Source of the DNA: Octopus sinensis | Lineage: Eukaryota | NCBI RefSeq assembly: GCF_006345805.1 | Contig: NC_043019.1 | Span: 2,666,001 to 2,730,000 of the forward strand | DNA length: 64,000 bases | Direction: 5' to 3' | Part shown: positions 12,839 to 24,116 of the stretch, piece by piece | Numbering within the stretch: position 1 is the first letter of the stretch | Layout: each line of letters opens with the position of its first letter | Notes under the pieces: model-generated | Database searches by the model: none | Seen by the model: only the letters and a program-made list of their open reading frames with translations | What the model was told of the DNA's origin: nothing | Program-made: the position numbers and the translations under genes

Positions 12839-13408
12839 GTCGTTGCAATACTGCTGAATCAGACATTGTGTTCGTTCTGGATTCTTCAACTAGCGTTACT
12901 GATGCAAACTTCAAGAAAATATTAGCTTTCATGAAAGATTTTCTGTCGGATGCTAGTATTGACTCGGGTAATGTTCGAGTGGGGGCAGTGATTTATAGCA
13001 CTGATGTAGAGGTGCAGTTTCATTTGAATCGCTACAGTTCCAAGCGTGATATCCTCGATGCTGTTGACAACATTGCCTATGTGTATGGAAGCACAAATAC
13101 ATATGGAGGTCTGCACACAGCCAGAACACAGATGTTCACTGCAGAAAATGGTGACAGAGCCGGTGTTCCTAACATCATTTTCCTCATAACTGATGGCGTT
13201 TCCAACGTCAATGCTTTGCAAACGATACCAGAAGCGGAGGCTATTCGTGCAGAAAACATCCATATTTACGCTATAGGTATAGGCCTTGCAGAAACTACAG
13301 AACTCGACAAAATTGCATCATCTCCAGCAAGCGCTAACAGTTTCACTGTGGAAGATTTTAATGAGCTTCAAGGCTTAAAACACACGATATTTGAATCTTA
13401 CTGTCCCG
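12839..13408 (+). CDS. VWA exon copy 6 (570 nt, intact)
   Basis: Same splice sites and translation as copy 1. Confidence 0.92.
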
Positions 13409-14406
13409 GTACGTATATCTCGAAGAATATTACACCTGTCATCGTCCTCGTCGAAGTTGTCGTCGTTCCTTTGAATGGGGTGAACGTCTTGAGGTTGTAG
13501 CGTTTTCAGTTGTAAATGTTTGCTGTTTTGCACCTCATCTGTTTCCTTAGTGATCTGTTTACACAGCTGTGCAAGCTGCGATTCTTGTTTACCTGGTTGA
13601 TATTTTTGTAAATTCTTTATTGTGTGTTTGAATTTCTCTAGTGTTTAATATCAATGCTCTTTGTTTTCTGTACATTTGATTTGATATCTGCTGATGCAGT
13701 GAAATGGAGTATGAGTTGTTTTTGGTGTTATTCATTGAATCTAACAGAGCGATAATTGACTTTAAACAATAATTTTCATCGCCATGATTGTGATGTCACG
13801 TGTGTGTATATGCAGCAATGAATGCATGTAGAAACAATTGCGTAGTTCTGAAGTATTCCTGTTTGTCGTTTACATGGACACAGTGTGTGAATTGTCTGAA
13901 AGGACAGAAAAAGTGTGAAAAATATGGTGAGTTAATTCACAAGAAACATGATGAGAAAAAGAAATACTTATGAATAAATGCTGGTTTAATGAGCAATCTG
14001 ATATATGCTCCACGTGAGACAATTTAAATGATAAGTATGTCGGTGTGAAAGAAATTATTGAAATTTAAGCATTGTGCTGTGTTTTGACAAGCGGCATTAC
14101 TTTTTGCGCTTGGATATTTACAGTTTTTCGTGTATTTGAAAGATTATGCTTGATTACGACATTGTAAAAGAATAATGAAGGTTGTTTCTGGTGTTTTCGA
14201 TATTGTCGATGTTACGTAGGTTTGGTTTTTTGTAAATCTGTTGTGTTTTTTTGCTGAAATTTCTATGGAATATTGTTTTAGTGAAATTAAGTTGTTTTAT
14301 ATAGAAAATTGATTGTCACTATGTATGTATGAGCAGAATAATAATTATCGGAATGTAGGAACTGACGATTAATTTGAAATTCCTCTTGCCATTTTGCACT
14401 TTTCAG

Positions 14407-14445
14407 TAAAGTCCACAGAAACGATTGTCGATCGAAAGCCACCCG
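14407..14445 (+). CDS. Linker micro-exon 6
   Basis: Identical 39-nt AG...GT exon. Confidence 0.85.
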
Positions 14446-14692
14446 GTAAGACATTTCGAACGTATTGATTTTGGTTTTGTTACCTAGTGTAAAAGAAGGC
14501 AGGGCCCGTGTAGAAATGTAATTACAATTACTAAAGGGAATGAGACCTAATTAAAGGAATGTATTTGTTAGTGGTCTTTAGCTTGTGCGATTAATGTTTA
14601 TAGGTGTATAGGTGTTGATGTTCAATGAACCACTATATTGAATTATTATGTATGCGTCAGTGTTAATTGATGGCTGCCTCCTTTTTGTTTAG

Positions 14693-15262
14693 GTCGTTGC
14701 AATACTGCTGAATCAGACATTGTGTTCGTTCTGGATTCTTCAACTAGCGTTACTGATGCAAACTTCAAGAAAATATTAGCTTTCATGAAAGATTTTCTGT
14801 CGGATGCTAGTATTGACTCGGGTAATGTTCGAGTGGGGGCAGTGATTTATAGCACTGATGTAGAGGTGCAGTTTCATTTGAATCGCTACAGTTCCAAGCG
14901 TGATATCCTCGATGCTGTTGACAACATTGCCTATGTGTATGGAAGCACAAATACATATGGAGGTCTGCACACAGCCAGAACACAGATGTTCACTGCAGAA
15001 AATGGTGACAGAGCCGGTGTTCCTAACATCATTTTCCTCATAACTGATGGCGTTTCCAACGTCAATGCTTTGCAAACGATACCAGAAGCGGAGGCTATTC
15101 GTGCAGAAAACATCCATATTTACGCTATAGGTATAGGCCTTGCAGAAACTACAGAACTCGACAAAATTGCATCATCTCCAGCAAGCGCTAACAGTTTCAC
15201 TGTGGAAGATTTTAATGAGCTTCAAGGCTTAAAACACACGATATTTGAATCTTACTGTCCCG
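14693..15262 (+). CDS. VWA exon copy 7 (570 nt, intact)
   Basis: Same splice sites and translation as copy 1. Confidence 0.92.
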
Positions 15263-16256
15263 GTACGTATATCTCGAAGAATATTACACCTGTCATCGTC
15301 CTCGTCGAAGTTGTCGTCGTTCCTTTGAATGGGGTGAACGTCTTGAGGTTGTAGCGTTTTCAGTTGTAAATGTTTGCTGTTTTGCACCTCATCTGTTTCC
15401 TTAGTGATCTGTTTACACAGCTGTGCAAGCTGCGATTCTTGTTTACCTGGTTGATATTTTTGTAAATTCTTTATTGTGTGTTTGAATTTCTCTAGTGTTT
15501 AATATCAATGCTCTTTGTTTTCTGTACATTTGATTTGATATCTGCTGATGCAGTGAAATGGAGTATGAGTTGTTTTGGTGTTATTCATTGAATCTAACAG
15601 AGCGATAATTGACTTTAAACAATAATTTTCATCGCCATGATTGTGATGTCACGTGTGTGTATATGCAGCAATGAATGCATGTAGAAACAATTGCGTAGTT
15701 CTGAAGTATTCCTGTTTGTCGTTTACATGGACACAGTGTGTGAATTGTCTGAAAGGACAGAAAAAGTGTGAAAATATGGTGAGTTAATTCACAAGAAACA
15801 TGATGAGAAAAAGAAATACTTATGAATAAATGCTGGTTTAATGAGCAATCTGATATATGCTCCACGTGAGACAATTTAAATGATAAGTATGTCGGTGTGA
15901 AAGTTATTGAAATTTAAGCATTGTGCTGTGTTTTGACAAGCGGCATTACTTTTTGCGCTTGGATATTTACAGTTTTTCGTGTATTTGAAAGATTATGCTT
16001 GATTACGACATTGTAAAAGAATAATGAAGGTTGTTTCTGGTGTTTTCGATATGTCGATGTTACGTAGGTTGGTTTTTTTAAATCTATGTGTGTTTTTTGC
16101 TGAAATTTCTATGGAATATTGTTTTAGTGAAATTAAGTTGTTTTATATAGAAAATTGATTGTCACTATGTATGTATGTATGAGCAGAATAATAATTATCG
16201 GAATGTAGGAACTGACGATTAATTTGAAATTCCTCTTGCCATTTTGCACTTTTCAG

Positions 16257-16295
16257 TAAAGTCCACAGAAACGATTGTCGATCGAAAGCCACCCG
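16257..16295 (+). CDS. Linker micro-exon 7
   Basis: Identical 39-nt AG...GT exon. Confidence 0.85.
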
Positions 16296-16534
16296 GTAAG
16301 ACATTTCGAACGTATTGATTTTGGTTTTGTTACCTAGTGTAAAAGAAGGCAGGGCCCGTGTAGAAATGTAATTACAATTACTAAAGGGAATGAGACCTAA
16401 TTAAAGGAATGTATTTGTTAGTGGTCTTTAGCTTGTGCGATTAATGTTTATAGGTGTTGATGTTCAATGAACCACTATATTGAATTATTATGTATGCGTC
16501 AGTGTTAATTGATGGCTGCCTCCTTTTTGTTTAG

Positions 16535-17107
16535 GTCGTTGCAATACTGCTGAATCAGACATTGTGTTCGTTCTGGATTCTTCAACTAGCGTTACTGATG
16601 CAAACTTCAAGAAAATATTAGCTTTCATGAAAGATTTTCTGTCGGATGCTAGTATTGACTCGGGTAATGTTCGAGTGGGGGCAGTGATTTATAGCACTGA
16701 TGTAGAGGTGCAGTTTCATTTGAATCGCTACAGTTCCAAGCGTGATATCCTCGATGCTGTTGACAACATTGCCTATGTGTATGGAAGCACAAATACATAT
16801 GGAGGTCTGCACACAGCCAGAACACAGATGTTCACTGCAGAAAATGGTGACAGAGCCGGTGTTCCTAACATCATTTTCCTCATAACTGATGGCGTTTCCA
16901 ACGTCAATGCTTTGCAAACGATACCAGAAGCGGAGGCTATTCGTGCAGAAAACATCCATATTTACGCTATAGGTATAGGCCTTGCAGAAACTACAGAACT
17001 CGACAAAATTGCATCATCTCCAGCAAGCGCTAACAGTTTCACTGTGGAAGAAAGATTTAATGAGCTTCAAGGCTTAAAACACACGATATTTGAATCTTAC
17101 TGTCCCG
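16535..17107 (+). CDS. VWA exon copy 8 (573 nt; compound indel near 17050, net +3)
   Basis: gtggaagaaagatttaat versus gtggaagattttaat; the frame is preserved. Confidence 0.8.
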
Positions 17108-18092
17108 GTACGTATATCTCGAAGAATATTACACCTGTCATCGTCCTCGTCGAAGTTGTCGTCGTTCTTTGAATGGGGTGAACGTCTGAGGTTGGTGTAG
17201 CGTTTTCAGTTGTAAATGTTTGCTGTTTTGCACCTCATCTGTTTCCTTAGTGATCTGTTTACACAGCTGTGCAAGCTGCGATTCTTGTTTACCTGGTTGA
17301 TATTTTTTGTAAATTCTTTATTGTGTGTTTGAATTTCTAGTGTTTAATATCAATGCTCTTTGTTTTTGTACATTTGATTTGATATCTGCTGATGCAGTGA
17401 AATGGAGTATGAGTTGTTTTGGTGTATTCATTGAATCTAACAGAGCGATAATTGACTTTAAACAATAATTTTCATCGCCATGATTGTGATGTCACGTGTG
17501 TGTATATGCAGCAATGAATGCATGTAGAAACAATTGCGTAGTTCTGAAGTATTCCTGTTTGTCGTTTACATGGACACAGTGTGTGAATTGTCTGAAAGGA
17601 CAGAAAAAGTGTGAAAATATGGTGAGTTAATTCACAAGAAACATGATGAGAAAAAGAAATACTTATGAATAAATGCTGGTTTAATGAGCAATCTGATATA
17701 TGCTCCACGTGAGACAATTTAAATGATAAGTATGTCGGTGAAAGTTATTGAAATTTAAGCATTGTGCTGTGTTTTGACAAGCGGCATTACTTTTTGCGCT
17801 TGGATATTTACAGTTTTTCGTGTATTTGAAAGATTATGCTTGATTACGACATTGTAAAAGAATAATGAAAGTTGTTCTGGTGTTTTCGATATTGTCGATG
17901 TTACGTAGGTTTGGTTTTTGTAAATCTGTTGTGTTTTTTTGCTGAAATTTCTATGGAATATGTTTTAGTGAAATTAAGTTTTTTTATATAGAAAATTGAT
18001 TGTCACTATGTATGTATGAGCAGAATAATAATTATCGGAATGTAGGAACTGACGATTAATTTGAAATTCCTCTTGCCATTTTGCATTTTCAG

Positions 18093-18133
18093 TAAAGTCC
18101 ACAGAGAAACGATTGTCGATCGAAAGCCACCCG
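18093..18133 (+). CDS. Linker micro-exon 8 (41 nt; AG dinucleotide insertion, probable error)
   Basis: acagagaaac versus acagaaac. Confidence 0.65.
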
Positions 18134-18375
18134 GTAAGACATTTCGAACGTATTGATTTTGGTTTTGTTACCTAGTGTAAAAGAAGGCAGGGCCCGTGTA
18201 GAAATGTAATTACAATTACTAAGGGAATGAGACCTAATTAAAGGAATGTATTTGTTAGTGGTCTTTAGCTTGTGCGATTAATGTTATAGGTGTATAGGTG
18301 TTGATGTTCAATGACCACTATATTGAATTATTATGTATGCGTCAGTGTTAATTGATGGCTGCCTCCTTTGTTTAG

Positions 18376-18941
18376 GTCGTTGCAATACTGCTGAATCAGA
18401 CATTGTGTTCGTTCTGGATTCTTCAACTAGCGTTACTGATGCAAACTTCAAGAAAATATTAGCTTTCATGAAAGATTTTCTGTCGGATGCTAGTATTGAC
18501 TCGGGTAATGTTCGAGTGGGGGCAGTGATTTATAGCACTGATGTAGAGGTGCAGTTTCATTTGAATCGCTACAGTTCCAAGCGTGATATCCTCGATGCTG
18601 TTGACAACATTGCCTATGTGTATGGAAGCACAAATACATATGGAGGTCTGCACACAGCCAGACACAGATGTTCACTGCAGAAAATGGTGACAGAGCCGGT
18701 GTTCCTAACATCATTTTCCTCATAACTGATGGCGTTTCCAACGTCAATGCTTGCAGACGATACCAGAAGCGGAGGCTATTCGTGCAGAAAACATCCATAT
18801 TTACGCTATAGGTATAGGCCTTGCAGAAACTACAGAACTCGACAAAATTGCATCATCTCCAGCAAGCGCTAACAGTTTCACTGTGGAAGATTTTAATGAG
18901 CTTCAAGGCTAAAACACACGATATTTGAATCTTACTGTCCG
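18376..18941 (+). CDS. VWA exon copy 9 (566 nt; several 1-nt deletions, low-quality consensus next to the gap)
   Basis: Same splice sites; deletions lie in short runs, and the flanking intron is also indel-rich. Confidence 0.65.
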
Positions 18942-19555
18942 GTACGTATATCTCGAAGAATATTACACCTGTCATCGTCTCGTCGAAGTTGTCGTCGTTC
19001 CTTTGAATGGGGTGAACGTCTTGAGGTTGTAGCGTTTCAGTGTGTAAATGTTTGCTGTTTGCACCTCATCTGTTTCCTTAGTGATCTGTTTACACAGCTG
19101 TGCAAGCTGCGATCTTGTTTACCTGGTTGATATTTTTGTAAATTCTTTATTATTGTGTGTTTGAATTTCTCTAGTGTTTAATATCAATGCTCTTGTTTTC
19201 TGTACATTTGATTTGATATCTGCTGATGCAGTGAAATGGAGTATGAGTTGTTTGGTGGTTATTCATTGAATCTAACAGAGCGATATTGACTTTAAACAAT
19301 AATTTTCATCGCCATGATTGTGATGTCACGTGTGTGTATATGCAGCAATGAATGCATGTAGAAAGAAACAATTGCGTAGTTCTGAAGTATTCCTGTTTGT
19401 CGTTACATGGACACAGTGTTGTGAATGTCTGAAAGGACAGAAAAGTGTGAAAATATGGTGAGTTAATTCACAAGAAAATGATGAGAAAAAGAAATACTTA
19501 TGAATAAATGCTGGTTTATGAGCAATCTGATATATGCTCCACAGGAGAAAATTTA

Positions 19556-19655
19556 NNNNNNNNNNNNNNNNNNNNNNNNNNNNNNNNNNNNNNNNNNNNN
19601 NNNNNNNNNNNNNNNNNNNNNNNNNNNNNNNNNNNNNNNNNNNNNNNNNNNNNNN
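19556..19655. other. Assembly gap (100 N)
   Basis: Exactly 100 Ns, a placeholder-size gap ending the array. Confidence 0.99.
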
Positions 19656-19659
19656 TTTT

Positions 19660-20010
19660 TAGTCAAATGAATCTATTCTATTGCTTTTTCTTTTTTTTTT
19701 TCTTTTTTTGAAGCTTGATATTCATTCTGTCAGTCTCTTGTTGAACTGCTAAGTTATGGGGATGTAAACAAACCAACACCAATTGTCAAGCAATGATGAG
19801 GAACAAACACAAACAATTAGATGCACAGATACATGCATACACACACACACAATGGGCTTCTTTCAGTTTCATTCTACCAAATCTACTCACAATACTTTTT
19901 GTCAGTCCAAGGCTATAGTAAAAGATATTTGCCCAGGGTGCCATGCAGTGGAACTGAAACCAGGATCATGGTGGTTGGGAAGCAAGCTCCTTACCACACA
20001 GCCACACCTT
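19660..20010 (-). mobile_element. tRNA-derived SINE family A (CORE-like), diverged copy
   Basis: Reverse complement of the family A head, core and tail seen at 20754 and 29677. Confidence 0.8.
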
Positions 20011-20348
20011 ACAAAATCTCACAAAACATTTGAACAGGGGTTTGATATCTTAAAAATGACCAATTATGACCATCTGTTGTATACACATTTTCATTGAACT
20101 ATATAATCACAGCTGTTGTACTCCTCCAAAAACTCTGATCACATCTCATGTGTATATATAAATCACACTTGTTTGCACAGTCTAGTTTACTCTAAAGAAA
20201 ACCAATTGGATGTATCAGGCAAAGTGTGCAATTTTACTAGAATTTAGTACTAGGGTATTTATTTAAATACAGTCACTGTGTTCTTTAAAAATACCAGAAA
20301 TTGTAACAAATTAGTGGATGAAAGGAAAAAGAAAATATTTTAACTTAC

Positions 20349-20411
20349 GTAATTGGAAGCAAGTGTTTTTGAAGTATTGTAAGAACTGCTTTATAAAGGT
20401 CACTTGTGTTG
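20349..20411 (-). CDS. Candidate 63-nt exon (NTSDLYKAVLTILQKHLLPIT)
   Basis: atttaccAG acceptor and GTAAGT donor on the minus strand; joins in frame with the 20670-20715 candidate. No homology recognised. Confidence 0.3.
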
Positions 20412-20669
20412 CTGGTAAATATTTTAGTTGTATATCTTCATTTTAAGTGATATTATAAAATTTCAAATTTTCAATCAAATGATTAAAAACAAAATTTTTA
20501 TTTGATACTGTTGTGTGTGGGATGTTATGTATGTATATATAAATATACTTATATAAATAAATGTGGGGACAAGCAGGTTAGACAGGTCATTATATAAAGT
20601 TTTACTATATTAATATATGAAATACAAGAAATGTATTTATGTTTATATATACAAAAAGGTCTGACTTAC

Positions 20670-20715
20670 GCAGAATACAAATGATATGGAGGAATAAATG
20701 GGTTGAAGAAATCCT
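20670..20715 (-). CDS. Candidate 46-nt exon (DFFNPFIPPYHLYSA)
   Basis: CTAAC branch-like motif, then atatAG acceptor and GTAAGT donor on the minus strand; weak pyrimidine tract. Confidence 0.25.
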
Positions 20716-20753
20716 CTATATCATTTGGATTTTGTGTAAGTTAGACCTTTTTT

Positions 20754-21147
20754 GTGTGTGTGGTAAGTAGCTTGTTTACCAACCACATGGTTCCGGGTTC
20801 AGTCCCAGTGCATGGCACCTTGGGCAAGTGTCTTCTGCTATAGCCTCGAGCTGACCAATGCCTTGTAAGTGGATTTGGTAGATGGAAACTGAAAGAAGCC
20901 TGTCGTATATATGTATATATATATATATGTATGTATGTATGTGTATATGTTTGTGTGTCTGTGTTTGTCCCCCTAGCATTGCTTGACAACCGATGCTGGT
21001 GTGTTTGCGTCCCTGTAACTTAGCGGTTCGGCAAAAGAGACCAATAGAATAAGGGCTTACAAAGAATAAGTCCCGGGGTCGATTTGCTCGACTAAAGGCG
21101 GTGCTCCAGCATGGCCGCAGTCAAATGACTGAAACAAGTAAAAGAGT
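20754..21147 (+). mobile_element. tRNA-derived SINE family A (CORE-like)
   Basis: Head with B box GGTTCAGTCCC, CACCTTGGGCAAGT core (similar to the CORE-SINE domain), internal TA/TG microsatellite, GTAAAAGAG tail. Confidence 0.88.
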
Positions 21148-21563
21148 ATATTTTTTGTATTTCATGCATTTATTAATATAGTAAAACTTTATATACTGAC
21201 CCGTCTAACTCGCTTATCCCTACATTTATTTCTATGCCTGTTCAAGTTAAATTCTCTTGAGTGCTAAGTGTATTCTATACGGAGAACATCTGATTCTCAT
21301 CTATGAACTATATATATATCTATATATAAATGTGTGTGAAGATTTATGTATATGCACACGTGTGTGCATCTACATGCACTTATTTTTACAACAGATTCAG
21401 AAGCTTTCTAACTTAACACTATATACTGCTAGCTGTGTCTCCTCTGCTCTTGGCTCTCATCTGTTGCTTCAGCACCCTAACTTCTTGTAACAGTTAAGCC
21501 ATTCTTAAGCTCTAGTTAGTTGCTGTCTCATCTCTTCCTTTTTTCTATCATGTAACGTTTCAG

Positions 21564-21633
21564 GACTATTACCAGACGACTTAGATGATGTGTAAGATGA
21601 CCTAAAGGGGAAAAAGGAAGCATAATGCCAAGC
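21564..21633 (+). other. Candidate small exon (mostly UTR-like; ATG CCA AGC at 21625)
   Basis: tttcAG acceptor and AGC|GTAAGT donor. Confidence 0.3.
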
Positions 21634-21700
21634 GTAAGTGTCAACAGATGGTTTCTTTCTCATATGGCCTCTGTTTTAAACTAATGTGTTTCTACACAAG

Positions 21701-21759
21701 ACTGACCTGTTTCACTCAATTACCAACACCAACATGGCATGCAGGTTCCCGTTTTTGAA
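21701..21759 (+). CDS. Candidate 59-nt exon (TDLFHSITNTNMACRFPFL)
   Basis: CTAAT branch-like motif 21681-85, AG at 21699-700, GTGAGT donor; in frame with the upstream ATG across a 67-nt intron. Confidence 0.35.
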
Positions 21760-22547
21760 GTGAGTATTGTGAAGTAGGACTTTAATTGCTCATTATAGAA
21801 GTGATTATGTTGTTAAATTGATAATGTTGAAAAAATTGATAATGTTGTGAAGGTGCTAATGGCTAAGCACATGTGATGATGATGATGTGACAATATGTGT
21901 CGAACATATCATGAAAAACGGTAACAATGGTTTAATGGTGGTGTTTGCGATGATAATGATATTGCAGTGTTATTGACAGATGGTCTCGATGTTGCTTAGA
22001 AATGCACAACTAGCTATAGGCTTGCTTCTTTTTATATTATATGAATATGGAAAATGTATTTCAGTATTGTTTTTTCTGTGCACCCAACAACTTTTAGATG
22101 TGACAGATATTTTTGTACACTTATACAGTTGCTTGTATGTGTGTACATAGTTGTGTTTATTGCTTTAATGATAGATGCACATTCTTTTATAAATTGCTTT
22201 TTTTGTAATTGTAAGTCCTTATAAGACACTAATATAGAACTGGGTAAAAGTGAAAAGTTCATCCCTAAAATCTTAGAAACCTCTCCTCTTCTTTCATATG
22301 GTTAAAAATGTGCATTTTAGTCTTACTTTTGTGTAAATAGCTTTACTATTATTTCCATGTTTTATTATTGTTCTGACAGTTGACTATTGTGCAAGATATC
22401 AGATTCAGTCCCTACATGTGCTTGAGACTTTCTTTTGCAGATTCTAATTCAAACATTTTAATTATAAAATCCACCCCTCCTGTTTTTTATCGATTTAAAA
22501 AAGAAAAAATAGTTTAAGCTAGATTCTCTTGTGCTGCAATTTAAAAG

Positions 22548-22800
22548 CCATTTAATCATTGAATATCAGAACTTTTACAGCTGTTATTCATCGGATATCA
22601 GAGCTGTTATAACCCTTAATCTTTGGATATCAGAGCTGTTTTAGCCCTTAATCATTGGATATCAAACCTATTATAACCCATAACCATTTGATATCAGATC
22701 TTTACAGCCCTTACTCAATGGATATTAAAAACTTTTACAGCCTTTGTTCATTGGATATTGGACCTATTATAGCCTTAATCATTGGATACCAGGCCTGTTT
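22548..22800. repeat. Degenerate ~32-bp minisatellite, ~8 copies
   Basis: Consensus approx. tagcccttaatcattggatatcagagctgtta, head-to-tail without spacers. Confidence 0.8.
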
Positions 22801-22894
22801 CTTAGTGCGTCTGTTAATGAGAAAATACCATTTCCATTTTTGATTTATAATTTATAAATCTTTCTACATAGCTGTATATAGTTATATCTTATAG

Positions 22895-22918
22895 GTTCTT
22901 TGTTGTAAACAAAATCAG
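22895..22918 (+). CDS. Candidate 24-nt micro-exon (phase 2-2; K-FFVVNKI-R/S)
   Basis: atcttatAG acceptor, CAG|GTAAGC donor; continues the 21701-21759 frame without stops. Confidence 0.3.
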
Positions 22919-23678
22919 GTAAGCTTACAATCAGTTTTTCTAGCTATATGAAGTTATAGCTGTACATGTTTATAATGCTGAAAATACTTAATAATGATAA
23001 TTATTATTATTCTGATTAAGTTTTAGATTGACATCAGGAAAAACATCCAACCATAAAAGCCATGCGAAAGCAGATGGTAGAGTTTGGTACAGTCTTCTGA
23101 CTTGCCAGCTCCTGTAAGACTGTCCAACCCATGCCAGCATGGAAAGTGGATGTTAAATGATGAGGAGGATTTAGAAAGCTGTTCGTTAATTTATTACAAT
23201 AGACATTTTATAGAACTAGTATATTGGAGATTTCCCTATTTTACATAGAGAGTGAATTAATAAATCAATCAAATCAACAAGAAGCCTCGACACTGTAACT
23301 TGATTTGCTAGAAATAGTAGCCCAATCTCTTTCAGATCATACCCTCCTGTCTTAAAACATTTAATACCACTTTGCCTTAGATTGCTGCTTGTTCTATGTT
23401 ACAAAACCTCACGTTTCAATATGTTCATATTTAAATTTAAAAACCATCATAATTTGATATAAGAATCATTTAAGTTTTAAACACCAACTGAATAATAAAT
23501 ATGATTAATTTATTAAATCCATTATAATTCTTGAATATTTTTTAAAGTTGTTTTTAATTAGAAATACAGTAATGAAAATTATTTTATATATAAAAAAAGA
23601 AACATTTAATAATATAGTTCTAAATTCTTTGTCTGCAAAAAATGTAAAATGATGAAAATATACAGGCTTGAATACCTG

Positions 23679-24116
23679 TAACCTTTTAGCATTCAGGTTA
23701 CTCTGCCAAACATAATGCTTATTTATTCCATTGGTTTTGAATTAATTTCGTTTTTGGATTTGGTTTGCAAGATTCTTTATATGAGTTCGTATGTTGAAGC
23801 ATATTCTGTTGTGTCTGGGGAGAGTCATTTTCTTTTTGTGCCTTATAATGTAACACACTCACCGGTAAAATTTCCACTTGTTTCTTATTTTTATTTTGAG
23901 TGTGTTACATTATAAGGCACAAAAACAAAATGACTCTCCCCAGACACAACAGAATTTGAATTAATTATTTTGTGGCTTTAAGATTTCAAAGATGTAATTG
24001 TTTATTTTTAGAACGACATTTTAGGCTAGCTGCAAGAGGTCAGATCTGGGCAGTTTGAACATAAACAAGCAGAATATTTAGGCCAAACATTGGTGGTTTA
24101 CATGCTAAAGGGTTAA
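23679..24116. mobile_element. piggyBac-like MITE carrying a nested repeat and a fold-back
   Basis: Terminal inverted repeats (g)taaCCTTTTAGCAT ... ATGCTAAAGGGttaa; a TTAA target plus CCC-type termini is the piggyBac hallmark. Confidence 0.55.

Larger units (their letters stand above)
3401..19555 (+). repeat. Tandem array of ~1.85-kb units (VWA exon + intron + linker micro-exon + intron), 9 copies, truncated by the gap
   Basis: VWA exon starts at 3569, 5428, 7275, 9136, 10988, 12839, 14693, 16535, 18376 (spacing 1841-1861 bp); introns are also near-identical. Confidence 0.97.

Noticed and set aside
21601-21618. Collagen-like PKGEKG, tempting as the triple helix of a VWA collagen
   Set aside because: Only two triplets, with an in-frame TGA immediately upstream (21598-21600), and it lies beyond an unsized gap.
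22548-22800. CRISPR-like ~32-bp periodicity
   Set aside because: No unique spacers, units are degenerate, the context is eukaryotic and there are no cas genes.
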